Assembly (NCBI GenBank): GCA_030765185.1
Contig: JAVCDE010000024.1
Coordinates: 187,538 to 251,537, forward strand
DNA: 64,000 nucleotides
Reading direction: 5' to 3'
From: Candidatus Aceula meridiana
GTDB lineage: Bacteria > Omnitrophota > Gorgyraeia > Zapsychrales > Aceulaceae
Numbering within the stretch: position 1 is the first letter of the stretch; each line of letters opens with the position of its first letter. Below are positions 21,691-32,700 of this stretch, piece by piece. The position numbers were made by a program, and so were the translations under genes. The notes beneath the pieces were generated by a model that was given only the letters and a program-made list of their open reading frames with translations, was not told the origin of the DNA and ran no database searches.

Positions 21691-22464
21691 CTATTTCGGC
21701 TGGATATACTCGAGACTCCCTAGCGTTATCCAACCCATTTTACCATCTTGACGTCGAACTTTAAGCCAATCTGAATCTTTCTTAACAACAAAAACCTTTG
21801 CCCCTGGATAAAGAGTATAATGTGTTGTCGCATCTTCACGGGGTTCAAATTTCGCTGATGCCTCTTTTAAAATAATAGAAGTTTTTGATTCTATAAATAT
21901 TTTTTGCGTTAACAAAGAAATACCGATAAAAAAAGTAATAAAAATAACCACGGTTACGCTTATTAAGATTTTTTGGTTAATTTTAAAAAGCACTCCTAAG
22001 GCCCAAAGAAGTCCTGCCACGACATACAGAAAGAACAAGAACAATGTCATCTCTGACGTTGTAAAGTCCTCACACACATTTTTCCAAATTCGGGCTGCCA
22101 AAGTTCTTTTAATCTGAACAACCCTCCCCTGGACCAAAGACAATGCATATTGATAATTAGACCTAAGGTCTCCATCTCGGGGAATGAAGCACCTGGCGCG
22201 TTCATAGTTTAAAACTGTTTTTCCTAAATCTTTAAGCTTAAAATAGCTATTAGCCAAATTATAATATAATGAAGGGCTTTCAAATCCTTGCGATAAAATC
22301 TCTTCATACGATTCGACAGCCCTTTGATAATCTTTTTCTTTGTAGGCAAAATTTGCCTGATAAAATTTGGATAAAATGCTATGATCTTGAGCCGCTGCAA
22401 TGCCGACATTAGAAATTATAATAAAAGCGAAAATAAAAACAGCGCTATGCTTCAATTTCTTCAT
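21691..22464 (-). CDS. batE: BatE-like TPR + SH3 protein
   Basis: Signal peptide, TPR (YYNLANSY), two TM segments, C-terminal SH3b (WLKV...GWI). Confidence 0.8.
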   Translation of the reverse strand: MKKLKHSAVFIFAFIIISNVGIAAAQDHSILSKFYQANFAYKEKDYQRAVESYEEILSQGFESPSLYYNLANSYFKLKDLGKTVLNYERARCFIPRDGDLRSNYQYALSLVQGRVVQIKRTLAARIWKNVCEDFTTSEMTLFLFFLYVVAGLLWALGVLFKINQKILISVTVVIFITFFIGISLLTQKIFIESKTSIILKEASAKFEPREDATTHYTLYPGAKVFVVKKDSDWLKVRRQDGKMGWITLGSLEYIQPK

Positions 22465-24290
22465 AAATTTAGCCTCTCTAGGGCATCAACAATTTCTTTA
22501 AGGGCTTGGCAACTTTCTTGCATTTTTGTTTTGTCGGATGAAAGCGCTCCATAGCGGATGGCTTCGCATTCGGCAAAGGCCGCGCTTATTTTTTTCGAAA
22601 GCAGCTCGGACACTCCTTTTTTCAATAAAGAATCCTGAATCTCATGAGCTGTTACGCTCCCTTCGGAAACAGCGAGCTTATAGTGCAAATATTCTTTTAG
22701 GAATTCAAAAAGCCCATCATAAAACTGTTTTTCTTTGCCTTCATGTATTAATTGATAAATTTTCTTTAAACCTTTGCGCGCTTTAGCCGGGGCCTTAAGA
22801 CGTTTGGCATAAACAAGGTCGGTTCGAACGCGTTCCTTGCGCTTATAGAAAACAAAAAATAAGACAATGACAATTGTATATAAAATCACGACTGCTAAAA
22901 AGAAAATATTTTTGTAAAGAGCTTTGCCGATTGGCGTAAATTTTCCAGGACTATCTTTAATAAAAACAATATCCCGGCCAAGCTGATCTTTTGTTTCTGT
23001 AGCCATAGGTGTATTCGGCAAAGCGATTACGTTAAGAGGTTGCTGTTCTTTAGCCGGGCTTACCGATATTTCAAAAGGCCCGCGCGTAAGCGTTTGATAG
23101 ACCCCTGCATTAACATCAAAATAGGTAAATTGAATAGCTGGAATATGCGTAATATTTTCTTTTTTTGGAATCAATACCTGCTCCAAAATTTTTGATCCCT
23201 CTTCTTCTTTAATTTGGGGGTCATAAACCTTAAACTCATCATTCTCTGAAAAAACCGGCATCTTCACATTCTTAAGATTTCCGTTACCAGACAAATCCAT
23301 GCGTACCGTAATAGGGTCGCCAACATTTACTTTTTTAGGGCTTGCTGTTACCGTAAAATTAAACTGGCCAACCGCTGATGAAAAATTATTCGGCACCGGC
23401 TGAGGTAAAGGTTTAACATTAATCTTAAGAGGATCTGCCTGAAACGTAATCGGATATTTCTCATAGCTGCCAAAAAGATCTCCAAAAAAACCATCGTCCA
23501 TCATTCCAAACTCATCAAAGAAAGACCCTCTTTGCCTCTGCTTTTTATAAAGAATATTGGCATCAACCTTAGCCGGCCCTACAGAAAGACCCCCTTCCCT
23601 GACAGGATAAAGCGTTAAATAAAATTCTACCGTGTCATAATAAGCGCCATCTTTAAGTTCTTTGCTCTGAGAAGGCTGGGCAATCTGTTCCGCCACAAAC
23701 CCCTCTGTATTAATTTCTGGAAAACTAATGTCTCTTAAAGCAACTTGCGAGACAAAAAGCTTTACCGATATATCTATTTTTTCATTCAAGTAAACACTGT
23801 TTTTGTTAGCCTGCATCGTTAGGAAAACTTTATCCTGTACGTTTGCCGAAGGTGCCGTCGAAGACTGATCATCACTCTTCACCTGCTCGTTGGACTCAAC
23901 AACATCTATAGCAATTGGATTCGAAGAATAAGTTTTCCCTCCGAGTTCAATTTGTAAAGCCGGAATTTGAAATGTCCCGATTTTTTGTGGAAACAATAAA
24001 TAACGGTGAGAAACAGAAGAAGAATGTTTTCCGTTGATAATGGAGACGCTCGTAGACGGACCTAAATACCTAGATTGAAAGCCGTCTATCTCAGGAAGCT
24101 TAAGCGCACTAGCCTGTTGATTACCATAAACCGTAAGACTCAGCTGAATAGCATCGCCTAAAGTTACGCTCTTGCGGTCAACTGATGCCTCAAAGCCGAC
24201 ATTTTGAGCCTGGGCAGGCAAAGTAATGCCGAGAAACCCTATGGCCAAAAAAATTATCAAAAGAAAAATAAAAGGGAATCTTAGCTTCAT
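22461..24290 (-). CDS. batD: BatD family protein
   Basis: Signal peptide, repeated beta-sandwich units, C-terminal TM; probable ATG at 24290. Confidence 0.82.
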   Translation of the reverse strand: MKLRFPFIFLLIIFLAIGFLGITLPAQAQNVGFEASVDRKSVTLGDAIQLSLTVYGNQQASALKLPEIDGFQSRYLGPSTSVSIINGKHSSSVSHRYLLFPQKIGTFQIPALQIELGGKTYSSNPIAIDVVESNEQVKSDDQSSTAPSANVQDKVFLTMQANKNSVYLNEKIDISVKLFVSQVALRDISFPEINTEGFVAEQIAQPSQSKELKDGAYYDTVEFYLTLYPVREGGLSVGPAKVDANILYKKQRQRGSFFDEFGMMDDGFFGDLFGSYEKYPITFQADPLKINVKPLPQPVPNNFSSAVGQFNFTVTASPKKVNVGDPITVRMDLSGNGNLKNVKMPVFSENDEFKVYDPQIKEEEGSKILEQVLIPKKENITHIPAIQFTYFDVNAGVYQTLTRGPFEISVSPAKEQQPLNVIALPNTPMATETKDQLGRDIVFIKDSPGKFTPIGKALYKNIFFLAVVILYTIVIVLFFVFYKRKERVRTDLVYAKRLKAPAKARKGLKKIYQLIHEGKEKQFYDGLFEFLKEYLHYKLAVSEGSVTAHEIQDSLLKKGVSELLSKKISAAFAECEAIRYGALSSDKTKMQESCQALKEIVDALERLNL

Positions 24291-24291
24291 C

Positions 24292-25215
24292 TTACCAATC
24301 TTTCCCAACTGGAGCCGTTTTTCCTTGAGGGTTGAGATTAAGAAACCCTTTTGGCTCTTCAGTCTGCTGATAATGGTCTAAAAACATTTTAGCTTCTTGG
24401 CCCGACATCTTTGATTGATCTTGTTGCGCAGTGCCTTGCCCCTCTTGCTGCTTTGATTTTTGGGCATCTTTCTGCCCTTCAGATGAAGAGGAAGACGATT
24501 GTCCTTTTTTCTCTTCCTCGCCTTGAGAAGATTTTGGTGTTTGCTCGTTAGACTGCTGCTGACCTTTTTGTTGATTCTGCTCTTGTTGTTGCTCCTGCGT
24601 CTTGTCCTGATCTTTATTTTGTTGTGCCTGATTCTTTTGAGAGCTTTGCTGCTTATCTTGTTGCTGTTGGTCTTTCTGATCTTTATTTTTTGATTCAGAA
24701 CTTTGTTGAGACTGTGCCTTGTTTTGTTTTTGTTGCTGCATTTCTTTCTTTAGTCGCTCAAGCTCTTTTTTAACAAATTCATAATTATGCTTTGCCTTAG
24801 AATCTTGATCTTCAAGATCTATAGCTTTTTTAAAAGAGGCTAAACTTTTTTCCAAAGATTGAACGGCAGAAGGTAAATCTTTTTCCTCCTGCATGATACC
24901 GTCTTGGTAAAAAGCATTGCCGAGATTATAATGTGCTTTTTGTTTTAACGGCTCCTGGTCGCTTAAAAGGGCTTTTTGAAAATGCTCAAGAGACTGCGCA
25001 TAATCTTCATTTTTATAAAAAGCAGAGCCCAAGTTAAAATTGATGATATCAGAATTTTCGTTTTCCTTCAAAGCCTTCTTATAATTTTCTAGGGATTTTT
25101 GGTATTCTTTTTTTTCATAAAAATGGTTTCCCTGCTTAACCTGCGACCGCACAGATGCTAAACAAGTTTTCGGAAAAAAAGAAAGAATAACTAAAATCCA
25201 GAGAATTTTCTTCAT
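24292..25215 (-). CDS. batC: BatC-like TPR protein with Q/K/E-rich tail
   Basis: TPRs (FNLGSAFY, YNLGNAFY), low-complexity Q tract, terminal KDW. Confidence 0.82.
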   Translation of the reverse strand: MKKILWILVILSFFPKTCLASVRSQVKQGNHFYEKKEYQKSLENYKKALKENENSDIINFNLGSAFYKNEDYAQSLEHFQKALLSDQEPLKQKAHYNLGNAFYQDGIMQEEKDLPSAVQSLEKSLASFKKAIDLEDQDSKAKHNYEFVKKELERLKKEMQQQKQNKAQSQQSSESKNKDQKDQQQQDKQQSSQKNQAQQNKDQDKTQEQQQEQNQQKGQQQSNEQTPKSSQGEEEKKGQSSSSSSEGQKDAQKSKQQEGQGTAQQDQSKMSGQEAKMFLDHYQQTEEPKGFLNLNPQGKTAPVGKDW

Positions 25216-26216
25216 ATTTTCTTTCGCGTTGAAATAAGCGTTTCTAAAATAAGAAGTAAAAGCGCTAAAAAAAGAGGATACTGAAACCTTTCAATATATT
25301 GTTTTTTCATTTTGCTTTCTATCTCGCGCTTCTCCATCTTTGAAAGCCGTGTTTCATAAATATAGTCTAACCCAAACTCAGCCCCACTTGCGCGAACATA
25401 GGCCCCACCGGTAGATAATGCAATAGACTTTAGAATACTTTCATTCAAGCGGGATTTAACAAAATTCCCTTGGTCATCTTTTAAGAATTCATATTCCCCG
25501 CCTTCATTTTTGATGCGGATGAGCTCGCCCTCCGGAGTCCCGATGCCAATACAAAATATTTTGATACCTTTCTTCTTAGCTTCCTCAACCGCTACCATGG
25601 GGTCACCCTCAAAATTTTCTCCATCCGTGATAATAACAACAGCGCGGTAATCACTCGTTGCATTCTTATATCCTTTAACAGACTGTAAAATCGCAGCAGA
25701 AAGAGACGTCCCACCGCGCGAAATCGTGTTTGGGTCCAGATCATCTAAGCTTAAAAGAAACCCACTATAGTCCACCGTTAGAGGACAGACAAGAAACGCC
25801 GTTCCCTCAAAAGCAACAAGGCCAATGCGGTCGCCATCTAATTCTTTAACCAAATCTTTAACCGCTAACTTTGCTTTTCCCAAACGATTAGGCTTTACAT
25901 CTTGAGCTAGCATGCTGTTCGAGGTATCTATCGCAATAACGATATCCAGGCCTTGATGCTTAACCTCTTGCCAATGAAATCCCCATTGAGGCCGCGCTAT
26001 GGCTATGGCACAAAAAATAATAATGACGACAAGAATAATAGACTTAAGAACTTCCCTCTGGCCATAGCGATTAAACGCAATAGCGTCCATAAGATTAACA
26101 TTCACAAATTTTTGCATGCGTTTCTTTTTATACCCGGCTGCAAACCACAAAAAAAGGCTAAGGCCTAAAGCCAACCATAAGAAATTCATTCCTGAAATAT
26201 TAGCAAATCGTATCAT
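25212..26216 (-). CDS. batB: BatB-like VWA protein
   Basis: ARPQWG, MIDAS DTSNS, CPLT, ITDGE. Confidence 0.85.
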   Translation of the reverse strand: MIRFANISGMNFLWLALGLSLFLWFAAGYKKKRMQKFVNVNLMDAIAFNRYGQREVLKSIILVVIIIFCAIAIARPQWGFHWQEVKHQGLDIVIAIDTSNSMLAQDVKPNRLGKAKLAVKDLVKELDGDRIGLVAFEGTAFLVCPLTVDYSGFLLSLDDLDPNTISRGGTSLSAAILQSVKGYKNATSDYRAVVIITDGENFEGDPMVAVEEAKKKGIKIFCIGIGTPEGELIRIKNEGGEYEFLKDDQGNFVKSRLNESILKSIALSTGGAYVRASGAEFGLDYIYETRLSKMEKREIESKMKKQYIERFQYPLFLALLLLILETLISTRKKI

Positions 26217-26219
26217 AGT

Positions 26220-27218
26220 TTAAGGAATCTTTAAAAGCCATGTTCTTGAAAGAATAATTTCCAAAAATAAAATACCCATTCCAAGCAAAAGAAAAATCCA
26301 AAAAAGCGGGTCATAACGCTTGTATCCAGTCTGAAAAATTTCCGTCTTTTCCATCTTATCAATTTCTCCATAAACCGCTCGGAGAGAATCCGTATCTGTT
26401 GCCTCGAAGAATTTCGCACCCGTTGTTTTCGCAATAGCTTTAAGAGACTTATCATCTAAATTAATTTGCACATTCTGATAACCTCGTCTTCCCCAAACAT
26501 CCGTAACCGGAAAAGGAACCAACCCTTTTGTCCCCGCACCTATGGTATAAACACGGATGCCGAGCGCCTGCGCCATTTTTGCAGCAGTTTCAGGCGAAAT
26601 TTTTCCGGCATTATTAACGCCATCGGTCAAAAGAATAATAATTTTACTTTTAGCATGGCTATCGCGAAGCCTAGCAACTGATGAGGCAATTGCCGAACCG
26701 ATGGCCGTTCCGTCTTCAATAAGCCCTAATTTAATCCGCTCTAGGTTCGTCAAAAGCCAATCTTGGTCAAACGTCAGCGGACAGACCGTATAGGCAAACC
26801 GTGCAAAGGCCACAACACCGATGCGGTCATCAGGTCTTTTGCTAATGAATTCTTCGACAACATTTTTAACAACATCTAAGCGGTTAACTCTTTTGCCGTT
26901 TACTTTAAAATCTTCGGCGGCCATACTACCGGAAGTATCGATTGCTAAAATAATATCAATACCTTCGGTTTTATATTTCGCTTGTTCAAGAATTTTGCGA
27001 GGGCCAGCAAGGGCGAGAAGAAAAAACAAAATAGCCAAAAATCGTAAAACAAAAAGACGTTGATTTAAATAAATTTTTAACCCTTGCGGTAATCCCCTTG
27101 CGAGATTAACGGAAGAAAATTTAAATGAAGGCGGCTTGTTACCTCGGTTAAAAAAATATACCAATCCAAGGACAATCGGAATTAAAACAAGAACCCAGGG
27201 CGTTTGAAAATCGATCAT
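26220..27218 (-). CDS. batA: BatA-like VWA protein
   Basis: DTSGS MIDAS, GTAIG, LTDGVNN, YTIGAG. Confidence 0.87.
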   Translation of the reverse strand: MIDFQTPWVLVLIPIVLGLVYFFNRGNKPPSFKFSSVNLARGLPQGLKIYLNQRLFVLRFLAILFFLLALAGPRKILEQAKYKTEGIDIILAIDTSGSMAAEDFKVNGKRVNRLDVVKNVVEEFISKRPDDRIGVVAFARFAYTVCPLTFDQDWLLTNLERIKLGLIEDGTAIGSAIASSVARLRDSHAKSKIIILLTDGVNNAGKISPETAAKMAQALGIRVYTIGAGTKGLVPFPVTDVWGRRGYQNVQINLDDKSLKAIAKTTGAKFFEATDTDSLRAVYGEIDKMEKTEIFQTGYKRYDPLFWIFLLLGMGILFLEIILSRTWLLKIP

Positions 27219-27772
27219 TTTTTTAAAATAATGCCTTCTGTTTGCTTGGTTTCATCGATAAGCTTTTTGGCTGCTGTAAAGCCTTCTTCCATCTCAGAAA
27301 GACTCGGGCCATATTTTGCAAATTTGACTAAATCGCATAAATTTAAAAAATGAAATAATAACTCCTTGTGACGGGCGACCAAAGACGGCGAAAGGTGCAA
27401 TGTATGTAAAAATTCTTCTGTCGTCATCTCAGGGGCATGAATGTCAAATTGAGACTCAAGATACCTGCGCACAATATCTGAAAGCACTGTGTAATATTCT
27501 TTAATTTTTCCCGCAGCTGGCAAGTTGAGGCGTTTTAATTCTTCAAGGGCCTCATAAGCAATTAAATAAGAAGGCTTGGCCGGCAAAACAATTTTTTTCT
27601 GCGCTTTCATTCTTTTTCTCAAAAAGCGAATAATGAAAAAAGCTCCTACAATTAAAGCTATTGCTAGAAGGAGAAAAAGCAAAAAATAATTTGGCGGAAA
27701 ATCAACCGGCGGTTGAATGTCCTGAAGCCCCTCTATTTCGTTTTGCGCAAAACAATCCAAAGCAAAAATCAT
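27215..27772 (-). CDS. Bat-operon membrane protein (DUF4381-like)
   Basis: LQDIQPP, single TM, EMTTEEF, DLVKFAK; lies between DUF58 and batA. Confidence 0.7.
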   Translation of the reverse strand: MIFALDCFAQNEIEGLQDIQPPVDFPPNYFLLFLLLAIALIVGAFFIIRFLRKRMKAQKKIVLPAKPSYLIAYEALEELKRLNLPAAGKIKEYYTVLSDIVRRYLESQFDIHAPEMTTEEFLHTLHLSPSLVARHKELLFHFLNLCDLVKFAKYGPSLSEMEEGFTAAKKLIDETKQTEGIILKK

Positions 27773-28665
27773 GATGACCGAGACCTCTTCTGTCTTTTTA
27801 AAAAGAATTTAACAAGCTCCTGAGCATAGGGTTTATCTGTCGAAATATCAACATGGTCAACACCAATTGAAGTAAATAGGTCACTGCGCTCTTTCATCCT
27901 TTTTTGAGCGTTCTCCCCATACTGACGCCGAACCTTAAGGTTGTTTGTATCAAGAACACAAAGCTCCCCTGTTTCTGCATCTTTAAGTTCAACAAGGCCA
28001 CAATTCGGCAAATCTGCTTCTAAGGGATCATTTAAAGTAATTGCGACTAAATCATGACGCTTGTTGGAAACAGAAAGTTTCTTTTTAAGATTCTCCAGTG
28101 ATCCTTTCTCAAAGAAATCCGAAATAACAAAAGAAACGCTCTTGCGCGGCGTAACCCGATTTAAATAATCAAGGCTTAAGGCAATGTCTGTATGTCTTCC
28201 TTCTGGGTCAAAATAAAGAACTTCGCGAATGACGCGAAGGACATGGCGCAGCCCCTTGCGAGGCGGAATAAACTTCTCAATCTGATCGGTAAACATAATA
28301 AGGCCTACTTTATCGTTATTGCGAATGGCGGAAAACGCCAGGATGGCTGCGATCTCAGCCGCTAATTTACTTTTTAGATTGTTGACTGTGGCAAATTGGC
28401 AGGAAGCGGACACATCGACTAAAAGCATAACAGTCAGTTCCCGCTCTTCAATGTATTTCTTAATATGAGGCCGGCCAGTCCTTGCCGTAACGTTCCAATC
28501 GATGGCGCGGATATCATCTCCAGGTTGATATTCACGCACCTCATCGAATTCCATGCCGGACCCTTTAAAAACGCTATGATAGGCGCCAGCGAAAACATCG
28601 CTCACAAGGCGAGAGGTCGTAATTTCAATACGCCTAACTTTTTGAAAAAGTTCTTTAGGAATCAT
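27769..28665 (-). CDS. DUF58 family protein
   Basis: GMEFDEVREYQPGDDIRAIDWNVTAR, EEREL, ISDF. Confidence 0.92.
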   Translation of the reverse strand: MIPKELFQKVRRIEITTSRLVSDVFAGAYHSVFKGSGMEFDEVREYQPGDDIRAIDWNVTARTGRPHIKKYIEERELTVMLLVDVSASCQFATVNNLKSKLAAEIAAILAFSAIRNNDKVGLIMFTDQIEKFIPPRKGLRHVLRVIREVLYFDPEGRHTDIALSLDYLNRVTPRKSVSFVISDFFEKGSLENLKKKLSVSNKRHDLVAITLNDPLEADLPNCGLVELKDAETGELCVLDTNNLKVRRQYGENAQKRMKERSDLFTSIGVDHVDISTDKPYAQELVKFFLKRQKRSRSS

Positions 28666-28684
28666 GTTGTATCTACGGGACTTT

Positions 28685-29683
28685 TTATGGAACTTCTACT
28701 TCTTCAAAAATACGCTTAATCAAATCTTCTGATGTCTTTTCTTCGGCTTCTGCTTCATAACTGACAATAACACGATGACGCAGCACATCAAGTCCAATGG
28801 ATTTAACATCCTGAGGTGTCACATAGCCGCGTCTTTGGACAAAAGCATAAGCTTTAGCGGCAATGGCTAAATAAATCGTAGCCCGCGGAGAAGCACCATA
28901 TCGGATGAGCCCTTTAAGTTCACCAAGATTATAATTTTGCGGCTCACGCGTGGCTGTAATTAAGTCTACAATATAATGCTCAATCTTTTCATCCATATAA
29001 ATTTCATCAATAATATTGCGAACCCTGATAATGTCCTCAGGCTTAATAATCTCTTGAGTTTCAAACTGCTTATTTGTGTAGGACATTCTCTTTAAAATTT
29101 TATACTCTTCCTCTTTACTGGGATAAGTAATGTTGACTTTGAGCATAAAACGATCTACTTGCGCCTCCGGCAAAGGATAGGTTCCCTCCTGCTCAATCGG
29201 ATTTTGTGTCGCTAAAACTAAAAACGGATCATCTAATTTTAAAGTTTGATCGCCAATCGTGACTTGCCTCTCTTGCATAGCCTCAAGAAGTGCGCTTTGA
29301 ACTTTTGCCGGAGCACGGTTAATTTCATCAGCTAAAATAATATTCGCAAAAAGAGGCCCCTTTTTGACACTGAATGAAGATGTCTTTGGCTCATAAATCA
29401 TAGTTCCGGTAAGGTCAGCCGGTAGCATGTCAGGAGTAAACTGGAGGCGTTGAAACTTCGCTTGAATCGCCCCCGCCAGAGCCTTAACAGCCGTTGTCTT
29501 GGCTAGGCCTGGAACGCCTTCGATTAAAATATGGCCATTAGCTAAAAGACAGACTAACAGCCTCTCAAGCAAATATTTTTGCCCTACGATAATCTTTTCC
29601 ATCTCAAAAAAAATGCCATCTAAAAAAGCGCTCTCTTTTTTTACTTTTTCATTAATCGCGGTAATATCTTTATTTTCTACCAT
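28685..29683 (-). CDS. moxR: MoxR-family AAA+ ATPase
   Basis: GVPGLAKT, QFTPDMLPAD, ADEINRA, ATQNPIEQEGTYPLPEAQ. Confidence 0.95.
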   Translation of the reverse strand: MVENKDITAINEKVKKESAFLDGIFFEMEKIIVGQKYLLERLLVCLLANGHILIEGVPGLAKTTAVKALAGAIQAKFQRLQFTPDMLPADLTGTMIYEPKTSSFSVKKGPLFANIILADEINRAPAKVQSALLEAMQERQVTIGDQTLKLDDPFLVLATQNPIEQEGTYPLPEAQVDRFMLKVNITYPSKEEEYKILKRMSYTNKQFETQEIIKPEDIIRVRNIIDEIYMDEKIEHYIVDLITATREPQNYNLGELKGLIRYGASPRATIYLAIAAKAYAFVQRRGYVTPQDVKSIGLDVLRHRVIVSYEAEAEEKTSEDLIKRIFEEVEVP

Positions 29684-29770
29684 AGCTTCCTCCTATGTTA
29701 AATAATTCTTTTACCATTATTTATAATGCAAAATTTTTAAAAATTCAATATTTTTTTAAAAGCACGCCGC

Positions 29771-32700
29771 TTAAAAGAAAACGTCAATACGCTCAACTTG
29801 ATTATCCCGCACCGCATTAGCATGCGGCGCCGGAATAACCTCTGCATTAATTTTAATTTTCTTTTTAGGCTTTAGGTAAGTTAAAACAATTTCTTTTATT
29901 TTTATTTTATAGGTGTCTCGCCGCTTAGGATTATGATAAACGACTAAGGTCGATCCCATAAAATTAAAAGCATAAGTATCTTTAAGAAAATTAATGTTTT
30001 GCCACTTTTGGTTTTTATTAAAATAGCGAATCGTCGTGGGCTGAGTCGTAAAAAAGCTTCCTTTTAAGACCGGCTGAAATTGAAGCGCAAGAGCCCCTTT
30101 AGCATCTACTACGAATGGCCTTAAGCCTGCATTCATCAAAAGCCAAATATGTACAAATTCCGCCGTTGATCCGCTCAAGCGAGCTACATAGCCTCGTCCA
30201 TGCTGATGGGGATCCTCATGAGCGCTAGAGACAATAAACGAAGAATTCTCTAAAATGCTGCGTCCGTATTTCTCAGCGTTAAGAAACGGTACTGCAGTCT
30301 TTGACAAATCTTCGTGAAACTCTTCATAAAGCCCGCAGCGCAAAGTTTCTAGAAGAAATTTGTATTCCATGTGTAACCATATGGATTGATTTTCTAACCA
30401 CCCAGCCGGAAAAACACGCGCCCGTCCTATCTCCGAAGTTTCTTTTGATAAATCTGTATTAACACGATACATTTTTAACTTTTTATCAAACAGTGCGCTC
30501 CGCCTTACCTTTTGATAAATCTCTTGCGCTTGCTTTTTATCTTTCTCAACACGTAGCGCATGGACAAAGCCTTCTAAAAATAAAGGTAAATTATGTCTCT
30601 TAAATCCTAAAGGAGCAACAAACGGCAATCCTTGAGCGCTTATTCTATTCAATTTTTTATAATGTGTGATCTCATGAAAGAAATATGTCGCCATACCTTT
30701 CTTGCCCTTCGCCAAGCGGACAGATTTGTCGGTTCGCTTGATAACAAGAGAAAGAAATTTCTTAATCTCAAGAATAGAAATCTTCTTTTCTTTTCCTGTT
30801 AGGCCTGTCAAAACCGAAAGACGATAGCGCTCCTTGATTTCATTTGATTTTTCCCAATAAGAAAGTGAATACGGTTCATCACGCAAAACATCATATAATT
30901 TCCTAACAAATTCTGCCAATTCTTCAAATAAAAGAATACTGTCATTATCATCTACTCCAAGAGTATTCAATGAATCTGACAAAAACAAACAAAACCGTTT
31001 TAACTCAAGAGTCTCAGAAAGTGATGACCCCAAAAGACCAGGAAGCCCATTTAAGGCGTCATACCAATTTGGCTTGTTCGCTTCCATTTCAACGCCAACC
31101 CCAGACGGATCCAAAGAAGCAGCTTTATTGGAGACAAGACATAAAAGTTTTGCAATTAGCGTTGTTTGGTAAACACTTTTTTTTCCTTTTTTCATGCGTA
31201 ATTTATCATCCTTTTTGTGCAAGAGCATTTCTTCAGGCATTTTTGCAACTGAATGATACTGACGAGGCCCACGTTCTGTCAAAATATAACGATTTCGTCT
31301 CGGCAAAACATAATGATCATTATGATAAAAACTAAAAACTTTTTTCTTTAAAAGCAGCTGACGCAATTGATCAGGATAAACATTTAAATAACTCTCGATC
31401 AAGTCTAAATTATATGTCCAGTGGTCTGTCCAAAAGCCTTCACCATGGTCAGCAAGTTCGCGCTCATGACAGAGAGCTAAAATTTTCATTAAAAAACTAT
31501 CCGGCGGTGTTTTAAGATGAATGTCCTCCTCAAAAATAGTTTTTAGAACTCGGCCGGGAAAGAAATCTCCTTTTAAAAGGTTACGTACAAAAGCTACGTC
31601 CTCGCATTGGACATACTGCTTAATTAACTTCTCGGCCTTTTTGCTATCACGAAAATAAAATGCTGTCCCCCTTACAACAAGGGGGTTGTACCCATCGGCC
31701 TGTGTCAAATTTAAAAAATCGACGATACTGCCATCTTTTAAATCACGATTAAACCAAACATCATTGCGTCTATTTTGATTAACATCGCGATAGTTTCCAT
31801 TTCCCTGTGAAAGAAATGTTGGATCAAGAACAAAATAATTATAATCACGTTCAGGATCACCATGCTTACGACTAAAAACATTTAAAACAGAAGTGCCAAT
31901 ATCAGTTTTAAGAGAAATCGGCAAACCTCCTCGCAAGACGTTATCAACAAATGTCTGCATCGAATACAAATTTAGCTCTCTTGATTCACTATTCGTTAAA
32001 ACATAATTTTTAAGTTCATTAATAATTTCTTCGTTACGATGCATTTTCTTTTGAACATATTCACCCAAGACACTCTTTCTTACAATCCGATTAAGCTGTG
32101 GCTTGCTATGAATATGTCCCACCATAGATGTAATGGTCGTAGCCTCTCCTTTTTTAAGCGAAAACTTCGCGAAGCTCATCGCGCTTGGTGTTTTATTATT
32201 TGTCTTCTGCTTAGCAGGAACCTTAAAATTCTCCTGAGCTAAAAAATTCTTTGGATAATCAAAATCCTTAGACTGACCAAAAATACATTTTGGCTGAACA
32301 ATCGGCTCCAAAAGCTTTGGTTTTGTTTTATGGTTTAAGAAGCTAAAATAAAAATTTCCCTCATCAATATTCTCAACATAAGGCTTGTCTGAAACAATAA
32401 CTTTTAGATTATAATACGGGGCCTTCTTCTCTAGGTTACTAACTTGAATCCATGCTTCAACAGTGCGAGATAAATCTTTTAAGAGCCTGTCATTAAACCC
32501 ATAAGGAACAATCGAAGGCATCCCGTCTAAAACTTCAAATTGATAATTAGCGGCCGAAATATTCTCTACAGTCACCTTTCGAATCAAGGCCGCATATTGC
32601 TCTTCGGGGAGAGTTGCATAATTAACGCGGACGACAATACCTAATGTTTCATTCGTTTCTTCAATCGTCAAATCATGAGCTGTCATGGCCATTTTGTTGT

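Noticed and set aside
24380-24745. Q/K/E-rich low-complexity tract and the hydrophobic antisense ORF 24499-24693
   Set aside because: This is the ordinary BatC linker; the antisense ORF is a compositional mirror.
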